Below, piece after piece: positions 17,922 through 31,889 of a DNA stretch of 64,000 nt. The stretch covers positions 304,730,001 to 304,794,000 of the forward strand of contig OZ024742.1 in the NCBI GenBank assembly GCA_964016885.1. Reading direction: 5' to 3'. Below the pieces are notes generated by a model. That model was given only the letters and a program-made list of their open reading frames with translations, was not told the DNA's origin and ran no database searches. A program made the translations under genes and the position numbers. The stretch comes from Eledone cirrhosa. Taxonomy: Eukaryota. Numbering within the stretch: the first letter of the stretch is position 1; the number at the start of each line of letters is the position of its first letter.

Positions 17922-18629
17922 TATATATATATATATATATATATACATACATATATATATGTGCATGTGTGTGTGTATATGACATCATTTCTCATTCCCA
18001 TTTTCTTCTTCATACATTCACTGTAACTTTCAATTTCTTTTTCCTTTTAAAAATAATAAATTTCTTTCAATTTTTGACCTTCTCAATTTCTTATCTTTCT
18101 AAATATACATATCTATCTATTCATCTATCTCATTTCTTTCACTTCCCTATCTCAACAGGGCACAGGAAATATGCCTTTGCCCTAGTTAGGCTTCAACTTC
18201 AAATATATGATTATATATTTAAAACTTTTTTTTTCTATCTCTCTTGCTCGCTCTCTATGCACCGCAGTCTGTCTGACAGTCCTTCTCATTCTCGCACATG
18301 CAAACCTTCTCTCACTCACTTTGTATCTTTTTTCTCCTCTCTCACTCTCGTTATCTTTCTCTTCTTTATTAGTATTTTCCGTTTCTCTTTCTCTCAATCT
18401 TTCCATCTTTCTCACACTCTCTCACCTTACTACAAGTGCAGCTATTGTCATATGTCCAACATATAATTTTTTATACATACAACAATTCATATCAATTTTT
18501 AATTTCACTTCTCTCAGCATTGTACATTAGTAAATACTATATTGTTTATATATATATATCAACACGAATACGCTATTCACTAGATTATATGTGTATGATA
18601 TTTGGGTATTATTGTTTCCATAACTCTAG

Positions 18630-19725
18630 CGTTTAAAACTCCAATCTGATAAAGCTTTTTTCCGCATCTGTTTTCATTGAGCAATTTTGGTGCAACAAGT
18701 TCGAAATTACTGAATATTGATCTAAATTCTCATACGAGTTTTTCCATGGTAAAGTCATTGGTGAAGATGTCACATTTGTGCAGCTGGTGCTATGTCTGTT
18801 GTTTCAACAAGACAACACAGGGTTAGCTCTTTGGGATAGTATTTAACCCACTCTCTTAACAGGTCAATCTTGTTGAAGGGCGTTGCACTTTCCATTTTGA
18901 AGCAGAACATAATTCTTATTTATTTGAAAGTTTTTTTAATCGGAATGTAGACTTTAGCGATCCGACTTGTTCTGGTTGCTTCCTTTCCCTTTTCACCTAT
19001 AGAGGTCAGGTAATTCTGTTTATCTTGAGCTATTGATTTTTCTGCCTCTTCTGTAGCATGTATCCATTCTGGATAGTTATTTAGATTCCGATCGTTTTGG
19101 TATCTTTTCCTAGCTGTTTTATGATTTTCCATAAGATTCTCACTGTTTTCACTGATCCATTGTGTTGTTTTTCTTCGCTTTGCTAGACGTTTCCAGTTGG
19201 GCGTTGCCAGGTCCAGTGATGTCCGTTTTTATGGGGCTTTAAAGTGGTTGCAATTCTCATTTGAGATGGCTTGCAAAAACTCATTGTTATTCATGCCTTT
19301 GTAGTAAATGTATCTTCCGAAAACACGTGGAGAGTTATCAGCAGAGTCTTCACCGATTTTACCATTAAAGTCACCCATCCCTAACATTAGGTTGTGTTGT
19401 AACATTGATGTTGTTTTTGTAGAAGATTTGCACAAATCTCGTCTTTAATATCATCACCTTTATCTTCTGATGGGAATAGGCAGAAATGGGAGACATGTTT
19501 TTTATTACTATTGATCACAATGACGAATATTTCGTCAGATATTTTGGTAATGCTTGTTACTGTTTCGCAATAGATGGTATAAACAGCATTTCGATGCCAT
19601 CGTTGCCTCTTTCATCCACAATTGAGTACATCAGCTTGTAGGATGATGATGGGTCTGTGACTGTAGTTTTCTCGAAATTTGTCTTTTACCTCTGTTTGGT
19701 ATGGCATCGACAGATACATTGTGGC
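18630..19725 (-). mobile_element. Decayed RTE-like LINE fragment (APE endonuclease to linker)
   Basis: Minus-strand peptides MGDFNGKIG...GRY...NNN (APE motif) and KKTTQWISE (KKPWIS-like), with many stops and frameshifts. Confidence 0.75.
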
Positions 19726-19786
19726 ATCCTTGTACTAAAATAATATATGTATATATATTTATATATATATATACATACATACTTAC

Positions 19787-19850
<64 letters not shown>

Positions 19851-19887
19851 GTAAGTATGTATGTATATATATATATAAATATATATA

Positions 19888-20080
19888 GCGAAGGAAAAGT
19901 GGTAAGGAACCAGGTGGACCATAACGCACCAAAGTACTCAATACTTAGGGTAGTAGAGTGGGTAATAGGAGTAAGTAAGACCCCGACGGCTGAGCTCAAG
20001 CCGTTTCGACGGCTAATTCTGTACAGAATTAGCCGTCGAAACGGCTTGAGCTCAGCCGTCGGGGTCTTACTTACTCCTAT
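19888..20080 (-). mobile_element. Family X mini-element with perfect 116-bp palindrome and tail
   Basis: 19965-20080 is an uninterrupted palindrome centred on GT|AC (20022/20023); tail 19888-19964; (TA)n flanks. Confidence 0.9.
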
Positions 20081-20126
20081 AAATATATATATATATATAT
20101 ACATATATTATTTTAGTACAAGTATG

Positions 20127-20214
<88 letters not shown>

Positions 20215-20219
<5 letters not shown>

Positions 20220-20866
20220 GACGTAAAATAAGAAAATTATAAAAATTAACTTACTTACTAAAATTTCACTCCAACTAATTAGTTTCTGAAAGGGAATAAA
20301 CATGGTTTCCGAAGGAACGCATGGAGAAATCCTTTCGTCATCAGGGAAGTCTATTCTCAGTTAAGTTCCCAGGCAATGCGTGGACACAGGGAACTTATAC
20401 AAAAATAATTCAGTGGATGGAAAAAAGCAAAGCGTGGACTAAGTTCCAAGACATTGAAAAAATCACTGCCTACTTGGTCGGTGGCAAATTCAAAAGAATC
20501 AATCACGTGACATCGAGGTTAATCAGTGAGGAGTGGTGTGTTAAGAAGACAGCAGCCGAACCATTACTATGAACTATAGTAGCAGTTTTGGCAAATTTTT
20601 GCTCAACAAAATAATTTGGAGTTAATTATAAAGAATTAGTATATCTACCAACATATATATACAGATGCATACCTATGCTAGCAAATATATAGGTTTTGTC
20701 TTAGTAACTTTGTGGTTCAATGTATGGGGATGCAGAACAATAATATGAAAGAATTATTGTTCTGCATCCCCTTGCATTGAACCACAAAGTTACTAAGACA
20801 AAACCTTTATAATTGCTAGCATAGGTATGCATCTGTAAATATATGTTGGTGGATATACTAATTCTT

Positions 20867-20867
<1 letters not shown>
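20215..20867 (-). mobile_element. PLE-like fragment with 5' inverted duplication and hammerhead core
   Basis: ~115-bp inverted arms 20630-20744 and 20753-20867. Minus-strand CTGATGA-CGAAAGGA...TCCTTCG-GAAAC-CATG-TT at ~20298-20344. (TA)n on both sides. Confidence 0.65.
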
Positions 20868-20915
<48 letters not shown>

Positions 20916-20924
20916 GTATATATA

Positions 20925-20999
20925 TATTATTACGAGCTGAGGATCCGCTGAGGTGAAACAATTCTTCTCGGTATGGTGAACTAACTGTTGTGTTACCAC

Positions 21000-21003
<4 letters not shown>
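20925..21003 (+). mobile_element. ~80-bp island between (TA)n runs carrying a hammerhead-like motif
   Basis: CGAG-CTGAGGA-T-CC-GCTGA-GG-T-GAAACAATTC-TT-CTCG (20933-20970); helix I CGAG/CTCG. Confidence 0.55.
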
Positions 21004-21048
<45 letters not shown>

Positions 21049-21201
21049 AATGTATGTTTGTGAACGGTATGTCCCTGAGTGTTACAGGTTATGCTTATGT
21101 CACTATGTTGTGTAATAACTGTGATTCAATGCATCCCATGCGTACAGACACAATTTGCTTGATGTCTGTAAGCAACTATACACACCGCAAAACAGAGATT
21201 T

Positions 21202-21246
<45 letters not shown>

Positions 21247-21570
21247 ATGTGTGTGTGTGTGTGTGTGTATTTTTGCTGACTGAAACTCTCCTAAATCTCA
21301 AACGAATTAATTAATTATTCACCCTATTATTATACTTTCACATTTGTTTTAACATTATGTATTTAACCCTCTACTTTTCGCAGAGTCTAAATACTCTGCG
21401 AATTACAGCTGTCTTAAACATAACCCTGAACTAAACTGAAATATACCCCCACATGAGACGGAACCTTTTAACTACACTGGTTGCTTTAGCCAACTGAACA
21501 CCGGTGACTCTAGTTAAACACACAGAGCCACACACACACGCACACACACACACACATATATATATATATA

Positions 21571-21645
21571 ACGGAGGAAATGTGGTAAGGAACCAGGTGG
21601 ACCATAACGCACCAAAGTACTCAATACTTAGGGTAGTAGAGTGGG

Positions 21646-21650
<5 letters not shown>
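21571..21650 (-). mobile_element. Family X tail-only copy
   Basis: Near-identical to 19888-19967; stops at GGGTAATA, exactly where the palindrome begins in the other copies. Confidence 0.9.
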
Positions 21651-21742
<92 letters not shown>

Positions 21743-24700
21743 TATATTTCGTTGACAAATATATCAATATGCCCAGACATGTAGATATATTGCCGTTGGT
21801 ATGACAGTGTGGTTTTTTCTCAATGTAGGATAACTAGTATACTACAGAGCCGTTATAGTTATAGGAATAACCAAAGAGTGCTTAGAAATACATTGTTTCA
21901 TTAGCTAACAGTGTTTCATCCATACACCTACACCATGGCAGGAATCTTCAGAGCCTATAAACATGAGTATATCAGTAGTTGCATGCTCCATCGAACTGCG
22001 TCACCAGAACAAGGTTAAATGGCCAGCAGGGAGCGGGGGGGGGGGGGGTCCCGAGGCTAGCGCTATATGGAAAAAGACAGAATACTTGATGCACCTAATG
22101 TCATAAAATGTCTTAAAAATTTAAAAATTAAAAATTAAAAATTAAAAATTAAAAATTACACCAAAAATGTATCACTTAAATGGTGCAATAGATGATAAAG
22201 AGGTTGGGAGAGGGTAGCAAGGGATGAGTGAGCGTATTACTCAGCATGATCAGAAACAATAAGAAAATAAAAAAAAAAATAATAATAATAAAAAAGTACA
22301 AAAATATAGGGATAAGAAAAGAGATAAATACAAAAATACAAAACAATAAAGGGACAAAAAGCCCGGAACCCCCCCCCCCCCAAAAAAAAAATATATATAT
22401 ATAAGACAAAGCAAAGCATAGATGCATCAGAGCACAAGCAGTGCAAAAAGAGGGTGTACAGGCAGATCAAGAGAGTTTGCCAGCATGAGTCTGTGAACAG
22501 AATTGTTGGTTAGCAGTAATGCAGCCTTACATGTATGATAGTCCATATGAGGGATGGTGTAATCCAATTATATCGCCTTGTAACAGGTCGATTCTCCTTA
22601 TCATATCCGCACCCTACGAACCACATCGATGTGTTCCAGTTCCGAACGCTAAGTGAGATAACACTATTTTTCCAAAACCCATACCCAGGGGATTTATCAC
22701 CATAGGCGGTCTGGGATATACACCTAAAATCTACAATAAAACATAAAAGAAGGTACGACGAGTTAAAGAAATGTATGGCACATATACAGCCGGCACAGAT
22801 GTGAGGAAATGGAAAACGTTCGATCACTCAATCCAACGTGCCAGGTGAAATTTACTGTATGTCCAAGTTGGCGTTCAACCAATGTATCGCACCGCATACA
22901 ACTGTACCACAGCAAATACAAATCCCGTTACATACAGAGTAAAAGTGTATACAGGAAACTCCATTCCAGAATCACATATGGCAGAATGAGCATATATTGT
23001 TATAATATTAGGCACGTTTATTATAGTGAGTGCAAATTTCTGTATTAGGTTCACGCTTGGAGAAAGTGGAGTAGGTTCCAATGTGTGTGTGTGACCAATC
23101 CCTGCACTATGTTATTCACTCCTGAAACTCGTTTTATAATCTTAAACATGACCAGTACCGTTACTCTCACACACCAACATATTTTATACTGCAATGTATT
23201 TCTGTTTTACAAATAACATACGGTAGACATGTCTGTTTATGATCCATTGCATTGCTGATCACGGTTTTCGTTACTCTGATCTCATAAAACTGAAAGTATT
23301 TTAGATATCGAAAGAAAAAGAAATAAATTTGTTGACACACTACCGCCATATTTCTTATTGCATTGCGGCTGGTATGTCTCTCATAACATCGGCCAGCCGT
23401 AAAATCTGAAGGTTAAACATTTTTTTCTGCGATTATGTATTTTCAATATTATTTCGTATATTTACTGTTATTAATATCTCCAGCTTCTTTAATATTCAGA
23501 ATAACTAGTCTTGTATATGTGACCTTTACCATCAGGAATATATTCAGTATAAGCACTAATAATTTAATAAGTCACAATTTTCACAGCTCTTCTAGTATGA
23601 TCTAATATCTTAGTATAAGTACGACCGCAAATATCTAACAGCGTTATGTAACTGGCAGGAATATGTGTGTCCTGGTCAATGTTTAAGTGTGTGTTAAGAC
23701 TTTCATTTAATATTACCATTATTAGCTTAGATTTTGAGACGCAAATTTGTGTTTAAGAAAGTTATGGTAATGCGGAAATGGTTCAAACTCTTAATACATA
23801 TATTGGACTTCCACGAAATATAATCATTGATATCACTAGGACTTAACAAGATTATCATAAAATCTTAGCATCAGCTTCTCTGTCTAACGATAACTTTTCC
23901 TATATGATTTTTCGATCGATATCTCTTGTAACAGTTTTCTATTAACTACTTCTTACATAGACTCTCATAAATATCAAATTTTGTTTCTAAAGTTCTATTT
24001 TCTAATAGTTCTCTACAATATCAATTATACGCAGATAGTGAAGTATAAGTTAACACTATCTGTTGCTTAGCCATCATCCTCATCATCATCATCATTCATC
24101 ATCACCATCAACATTTAACGAACATATTTTTCCGAGTATCAACTAGTGGATGGCTTGTCAAAAAACAAATCAGTCCGCAGGTGTGAGCCACGTGAGTTGG
24201 AGTGACTTTTCCAGCGCGTCTCCCTTGCCGTCCTCCGGGGAAACGCCTTCTCCATTCTGTCCGCCGGGGCTGTGGGGAGACAAGTCGATTATATTACGAA
24301 TTCTGTTAATTAGGCTTAAATACGTTTACTAAAGAAACAGAGACCTCTAAAGACATATACTCTTTGATCTCATATATCAAGTAGGCGAGGGGCTGATTTC
24401 GTTTGTATACAATCCCGAAATCTACAGGGTGCATTTTATTTTCAAACGAGCACTAGAAAGGTTGTCATGGCATGCCACTTTCTTTGTTTTATTTGTGTGT
24501 GTATGGGAGGGTGATACAAGCTTTCTCCTGAATTCTTATGACGAAAACTGTTTTTACTAACATAACAAATGCCTTACCTCTCACTAGTGATGCCTTTTGT
24601 ATCACCAAGGGTGTCCTTCATGTCACTTCTTATTTTCAAGTATAACATATTACACATTAAATGAAAATATATACTAGTTTTAAATATTTCCTTTCTATAT

Positions 24701-25304
24701 ATTTATGGTTTGTTCACCTGAACTTGTACGTCATCCTGTATGTGTGCTTGTGCTTATATATCTTGATAATAATTATATCTGTATAGAATACACAAGCCAT
24801 ATACAGTTATGGCTGTATATTTAAATAGGGAGATTAATGCGGTGTATTTTAATACGTATGCAAATTTCTTCTAAAAACAGTTATCCCGTCAAATCATCCG
24901 AAATATACAATATATTCTGGAATACACAGGTTAACCATTTCTTGCATTTCCCCTTGTTTATCCATTTAAGTATATTCTGTATTGACATTTATAAACAAAC
25001 TCTACAAAATATAATATATTCAATATATTCATAATCTTCTGTCCTCAAGTTTTCAGGGAAAATCTATAGATATTTCGCCTAAAGATCGGAAAGCTAGAAA
25101 ATTTGATTCATTAACATTCTTGCAGTTTTATGTTTTAAATGTGCATATATGAATATGCATGAAAGTGTGCCCTGTACACATTCTCGCCCATTCTCAGCAA
25201 CGTCTCTCTCTCCCTCTCCATTTCTCTGTCTCCATCTCTCTTTCTCTTTCCCACTCTCTTCCTCTAAATACATTGAAGCATACTTATACAAACATATATC
25301 ATTC

Positions 25305-25369
<65 letters not shown>

Positions 25370-25770
25370 TGAAAAAAATATGTATACATATTTTTGTGGA
25401 GGTGTGTTGTATCTGCATATGTTCTAGTATTTGTGTTTGCATTTGTATTCATGAAAGCAAGTGTGCAAGTGATTATTCGTGTCCATAAATAGTAAACTTA
25501 CATAAATGAGGAAATATTACTATATATTTAATTATAAGAAACAGGAATTCGTCATAACAGATATATTATTATATGGAAAATATAAACCGGTGTTATCTCA
25601 AAAAGCTTGATATTTAACCCATAGGAATATAAATCTATAATATGTCACACATACACAGACACCCATATTTTATCATATATTACTCAGAATATTGTGCAGT
25701 ACTGTTAATATTTGATTATGTAATAGTTACACAGAATTATAGATTTTTGTTATGACTTATTACAATTAAT

Positions 25771-25860
25771 TGTTTCTACTTTAGGCACAAGGCCAGCAAT
25801 TATCCAATGCATTACTGGTACTTTATTTTATCGACCCCGTAAGGATGAAAGGCAAAGTCA
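25771..25860 (-). mobile_element. 5'-truncated Deu/Nin-like SINE with 9-bp TSD
   Basis: Family core sequence; ACAATTAAT at 25762-25770 and 25861-25869. Confidence 0.85.
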
Positions 25861-26223
25861 ACAATTAATACTTGATGTTTGATATGGTTTTTGCATCGTA
25901 ATGACAACTGGAAAATATTTTGTTATTCAGCGGTGAGATGACAGACAATTTTGAACACTGCATGAGCATAAAAGGACATAAAGAATGACGTTGTCATAAT
26001 ACTATATTGTAGTAAAGAATTTAGTTAGATATTTCTATTGTTACATTCATCTCATCAATTTTGAACGGATTTAACTTAGACCTTCAGCGAAAGGAATAAA
26101 CCGAAGTATAATGATATATTTAATATACAATAAATCCCAAACCACCTGAAATGGAATGAATATAACACACTAAATTGAGTTTTATTCAGCATAATCTACA
26201 ACAGAATCTTTCTGTTTTTAACG

Positions 26224-26309
<86 letters not shown>

Positions 26310-28253
26310 GTCCATGCAATAAAAGGTAGAAGTGTTAATACAATTGTGTTACAACCAACAAATTCAAAGATATAAATATATCCAAATTATGCGTGACTAC
26401 ACCGGCTAACCTTGCTTTATAATTATAATCCTTCATTGATAATGATAAAATAAATAGCAGCTACCGAACAGGCCCTTCATAACTCCACAAATGCAAAGCA
26501 TTGTATAAATGGTAGATTTGCTTGAGGTTTTCGGTCATCAATATACACCCACCTTCATCCATGTGACACAACTGTGGTTGGTGAAGCTTAAGTCTCTGTC
26601 TAAATGTTATATATACTACTGGCCCCCCACCCCCCTCCACAGATTTCTTTTCTTCAACTATAGCCATCTAGATGTGTTTCTTTTTTCTTTTGGTTTTTAT
26701 GGTTCTTTTCTCCTTTCTCATGTAATACCGTGTTACATTGCCTTTATTAAGGAAACAAGTTGCAAACTCAGAGCTTTCCAATTACCAGTGGCGTGCATCT
26801 TCTCCACTTTAGGTATATGCCCCAACATGGCCACATTCAAATTATTCATCCTTATAGTAAATGATACCAAAATACGCACACACACACACGGAGGATAATT
26901 GATTCAAAATTAAAATGTAAAATAAAATAAACTATGATTATTCAATCATCGTTCCGATGAGGTCCTTTGTTAAGGTTTTTCTGTTCAACTTCATTGACTT
27001 TCAAGCTACTTAAAATTTGATTATGTAGCTTTTATGATTTGGGGCAGCTTTCTAGAATAGATAAAGTGTAAGATAATTGACAATACAATTCTTCTTCATT
27101 TCAAGTTCATTTACGAGCTTGTTTCCACTGTGTTTAGAAGAATTGGTCATTAAGCTAATGAAAATTTCTACTCACTAGGAGTGTAATTATACTTGATTAG
27201 ACTTCACAATATTACATACGTTGTTCCCGACCTTGAGCCGCGACATAGAGAGCGTCTAAACGTATAGGAGAGTCCTTTCATGTTATTACCCCACACTATT
27301 TATTGACAGGAAAATCGACGTCCTCAAGGGCAAGTCGATGTTTCGAGGAGGTGTAATACGATTTAAATTTTGTTTGGAATTGTCCCCATATTACTATAAC
27401 CAGACAAATCCCCATCCATTGGATTGCTGTTCATTGTATTCATTGGATTTCATTGGATTCTATGTCGATTTGATTTTTAAACAATTAAAATTAAGATGTT
27501 ACCTTCCCTATCTTTCTTGACAAAAATTGATAATATAACTAAGTATTGTTTCTCTCCAGCACAGGTATACATTTAATTAATCAATTCTTCTTGCCTCACT
27601 TTACTCCATAAGTTATCAGAGACTATATAATTCATATATTAATTATGTTTAATATATAGATAGTTTATATGACACGCTATTTTAGCTATTCGTATGTTCT
27701 GATATATAAAATGTGATATTATATACAGAACAAATAGAAACTCACATATAGCCTTCACATATAGAGATAAATCGAAGTATTAATAATTGAAATAAATAAA
27801 AAAAAACCATTCCATTAATAAAGAATATTTTTATTTTCATTGTAGATTAAATATACATTCCATTGCTATACAGTTGAATGGATCCTGTTATTGTAGATGT
27901 ATTACAATACACATCGATTTTCTATTGTTGCTGTTACATCACTGAATAAACATTCTTTTGACATATGCTACTATTGATGGGCCCTGCTAAAATCTTCGTT
28001 TCAAAATGTTTAGCTTTCAAACTTCGAACACATGTCGTAGGCACAGACATAGAGACATGAAGATCAAATGATGGGAATTTGATAAGGTGGAGATGGGAGT
28101 AGTGATGGTGTTAGCGGTTGTAGTGGTGGTGCATATGGTGATGTTGGGTGTGAGGAAGGAAAGGGAGACATTTAAAAGCACTCATGTGACTGACTGATGC
28201 ACATATAAGAAATAAAATTACTCACTCAGATACACACATGCTTATATATATAT

Positions 28254-28367
<114 letters not shown>

Positions 28368-28435
28368 CTGCATACTCTATGTATACATTGAAAATATGAT
28401 AGACAAGCTGAACCGAGGAGACAGCTTGAAAGTAT

Positions 28436-28682
28436 ACGTCGAGGCTCCGCGCATTTACTGTAAGAAATGAAGAGGAAAAACTGCAGGCGTTTAATTGAAG
28501 TTAGGTAACAAGGAATGGAAAAGAAAAAAGTAGATATGTCAGTGAAGTAAGATGTTGCGAGAGAGAGAGAGAAACCGTGCGTGTAATTCCTATATTTTGT
28601 ATTCTTAGTTACCTAACTTGAATTCAACACCTCCTGTTTTTTTCATTCATCTCTCACAGTTACATCACGAAGTCCCGACGTG
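28436..28682. mobile_element. Old MITE-like element with ~80-bp degenerate TIRs
   Basis: 28436-28517 aligns to the reverse complement of 28601-28682 (ACGTCG...GTTAGGTAAC...GAAT). TA on both sides, consistent with a Tc1/mariner-type TSD. Confidence 0.55.
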
Positions 28683-31189
28683 TAACAATGCTTTGTTTTC
28701 CCTTTTTACGTAGTGTATTAATGTTTATTTCTTTTTTGGGACAACAGATTACTCCTGGACATATTGTACTTGAAGCCTCTTCTATTCCTTCTTGGACTCC
28801 ATTCTCTCTACTCTATGACCCCCCTTCTTTATATCTTTCATAGAAATCACTCATTGGTTCTATTGCTTCATCAGTTATTCTCTGTTATCTTTGTTTTTCC
28901 TATGTTCTGACTTATATCTCGAGCCCTTGCTTTCCATCTTAATATTTCACACCTACTTCTATCTTTTAACATCATACTCCACATCTTTCATCTTCATTTC
29001 CCTTTTCATTGTTCTGATTTCCTTTTTCATATTCTGCTTTTTCATATTCTGCCACTGGCATATTATTATGTTGGCAACTGAACGGATTTCCGTCAACGCG
29101 CAGATGAGTGTTTTAGCTGTTCCAACTACACAACAGCCTGCCCATGAAATTAAATTGTAATTGACTGAGCATTTCACCGACACGTATATTAAGTTAATGG
29201 AGTTTTAGCATAATCGTTTATGATAATGCTTGCCTTTTAATTACAGGTAAAATCCATCGTACGGACTTTTAAACAGATTCCGTCTACCTGATTTCAAATA
29301 GCACAGGTAAATCCAACGCAGCGGTAAATTACAATAGTCTAAGATGTCACGTATGCGGATCAAACCCGAGGCCTAATGTTTGCGAAACGAATTTCTAAAC
29401 CATTAGGCTCTGCCAGGTGCACTGTCAAAAAAACGTATTGGTCGAACAATTTCCCTAACAAAACTAAGGGTAATACTTGTCTCAGAATATATTACGTTAC
29501 CTAATGAAACAATTCTATTCCAACATCATCTCGTCTATTGCATTTGACATGTTAACTATCTGGTCCAGATATTTGTAATTATCTATTACCCTTTCTTCTA
29601 TCCTCATCTGTTCCAATGTGTCTGGAATTTCCTTTCTACATGATGTATCGAACGCTTTTACTTACGCTATTTATTTGGTTTGTGAAACTGGGAAGTTGGT
29701 AAATTGTGTCGATTAGCTTTGTCCAAAAATTGCTTTAAAGACACAGATTTTCGTGAAAGTCTCAGGCATAACATATATAACGTAGATGAGTAAGTTTTTA
29801 ACTGGATAAAATGTAATGCTCATTGGTAAAACCAATGGAGATTCCTCACAGATAAACATGCACCTGCGGCTGCATACCCACATACGCAGATGGAGGTACC
29901 ACATACAGACATACGGGCACACACACACACACATGCGCGCAGAAACACACGTACACAGACACAGATACCCATACACACTGGAGCTCACACAGGTATACAA
30001 GCAAAAACACACACCCACACATACACACACACAACATCATTCGAACAGCGATATTGTTTAACTGGTGACTATGTGACAAAATGTGAAAGAGATTGGATTA
30101 GAGAGGGTGGGACAGAGAAAGTAGTGAGGATATAAAAAGATATAGTCTGTGTGTGTGCATGAAAGAGAGAGGTAGAGAAATAGAAAGTACGTAAGAGAGA
30201 GCGAGAGAGAGTGTGGGTGTGTGTAAGAGTGTGTGTGTGTGTGTCTGGTGGGGGAGAGACAGACATAGAGGGGAGGGGCAGAATGTCAGTATTTCCTCAA
30301 CTGGCCTCCCGGTACAAGTTAACAATGTTTCAGTGTCTTTTAATTTCATGAAACTGACATTTCCATTGCGCTGACAACAATATCGGATGAGCATCCGAGC
30401 TATCAATAGATGCAGGCACATTCCAGAAGCTACTTGCTATTGACGATTTTATCGACCTCTTCTCCATCACAAGCATTATCTTCATCGGTATCATCAGCAT
30501 CCTCATCATCATTAACATCATCTTCAAAGGAAACTACACAAACATCTAAAATATTTGCACCTTCCCTGTACTAAGAGCTCAATCAAGTTACTTATCTTTA
30601 TGATCATCATCATTAACTTGATGATGACACTGATAAAATGATTGTGTTCTTATTGATGTTGATTATGGTGATGATTAACATTATAATCATAATGTCGTAC
30701 TACTTTATACCTGACACGATTATTCCCACCGTTTTCATCATCTAGTCATATATATTTATGGTCTTTCTATCAACCTTGTAAAGAAACAAAACAACTTTAA
30801 CCTTAGCTTGAAGGGGTGTAACCCAGTTAGAACTAAGCACCTTATATTTGTTCATCGAATCGATTTTCATCGGCGATCCTTATCAATATATATACATATG
30901 TATATGAATACAGCGTGAGAGGTCGTTCTAAAAACGAAACAATACCTCCTACGTTAACCAAGAACTCCTAAGACCTAACCAACAACCAACAACTTAATTT
31001 ATAAAATAATTTTTTTTAAGAAAAATTTTTTTCTAATCCGGAAAAAAATTATTTTTGGATTTTGCGAACAAAATAAATTTGTTGAAAGCACAAGTGGAGC
31101 CATTTTTCCCCCCCTGTCTTAATATACCTAACTGTACCAAGGATTACACATATTTTCCAATATATATATATGTATATATATATATATAC

Positions 31190-31243
<54 letters not shown>

Positions 31244-31713
31244 TATATATATAATATGTATTCATATGTTTGTGTATATATATATATATATATATATATA
31301 GACAAACACATGCATACGTATATGTAAATGTCTTTTCAGGGATATGTGTTCCAGTTTTCCGACTAATTCAATAACCTACACGTCCCACAGATGTTTATCC
31401 AGAATATTAGCTTTAGGGAGAATTAGATTGACTCTATGTTCTATGTTTAAATCTTCGTTTGACAGGAACGATCTATTCGACGGGCTTCCGAATAGTTTCC
31501 CTTTCCCTAATGTCACACATACATAACTAGAATAACTAGAATCGAAGTCAGTGTTGCAGCATATGTACAAACTTTAATGACATATTACAATTGTTTTGGA
31601 ATCGATCAGCTCAAGGTACAATCAGTGAGATGGGCCCGAATCCTCTTTGACATCTCTGAGAGAGATTGTCTACGCATGTGAATGTATACGTATGTATGTA
31701 TGACTAAAATAAT

Positions 31714-31889
31714 TGCTTCTACATTTGGCACGATGCTAGCAATTAACCAGTAAATTATTGCTACTTTATTTTATCAATGAAATGCAAAGTTAACCTCGGT
31801 GGGATTTAAACTCAGTCCATAAAGGTACGTAACTCTATGCTGGAAAGCATGGCGTCCGGCCCTCTACCGATACTGCCAATCCACCGCCC
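31714..31889 (-). mobile_element. Deu/Nin-like SINE with 15-bp TSD
   Basis: TATGACTAAAATAAT at 31699-31713 and 31890-31904, with the family sequence between. Confidence 0.88.

Noticed and set aside
20321-20572. 83-aa non-repetitive ORF (MEKSFRHQ...)
   Set aside because: No recognisable motif; it is antisense to a hammerhead-bearing element UTR.
29225-29255. TTACAG|GTAAAA junction
   Set aside because: Weak donor inside a probable decayed SINE.
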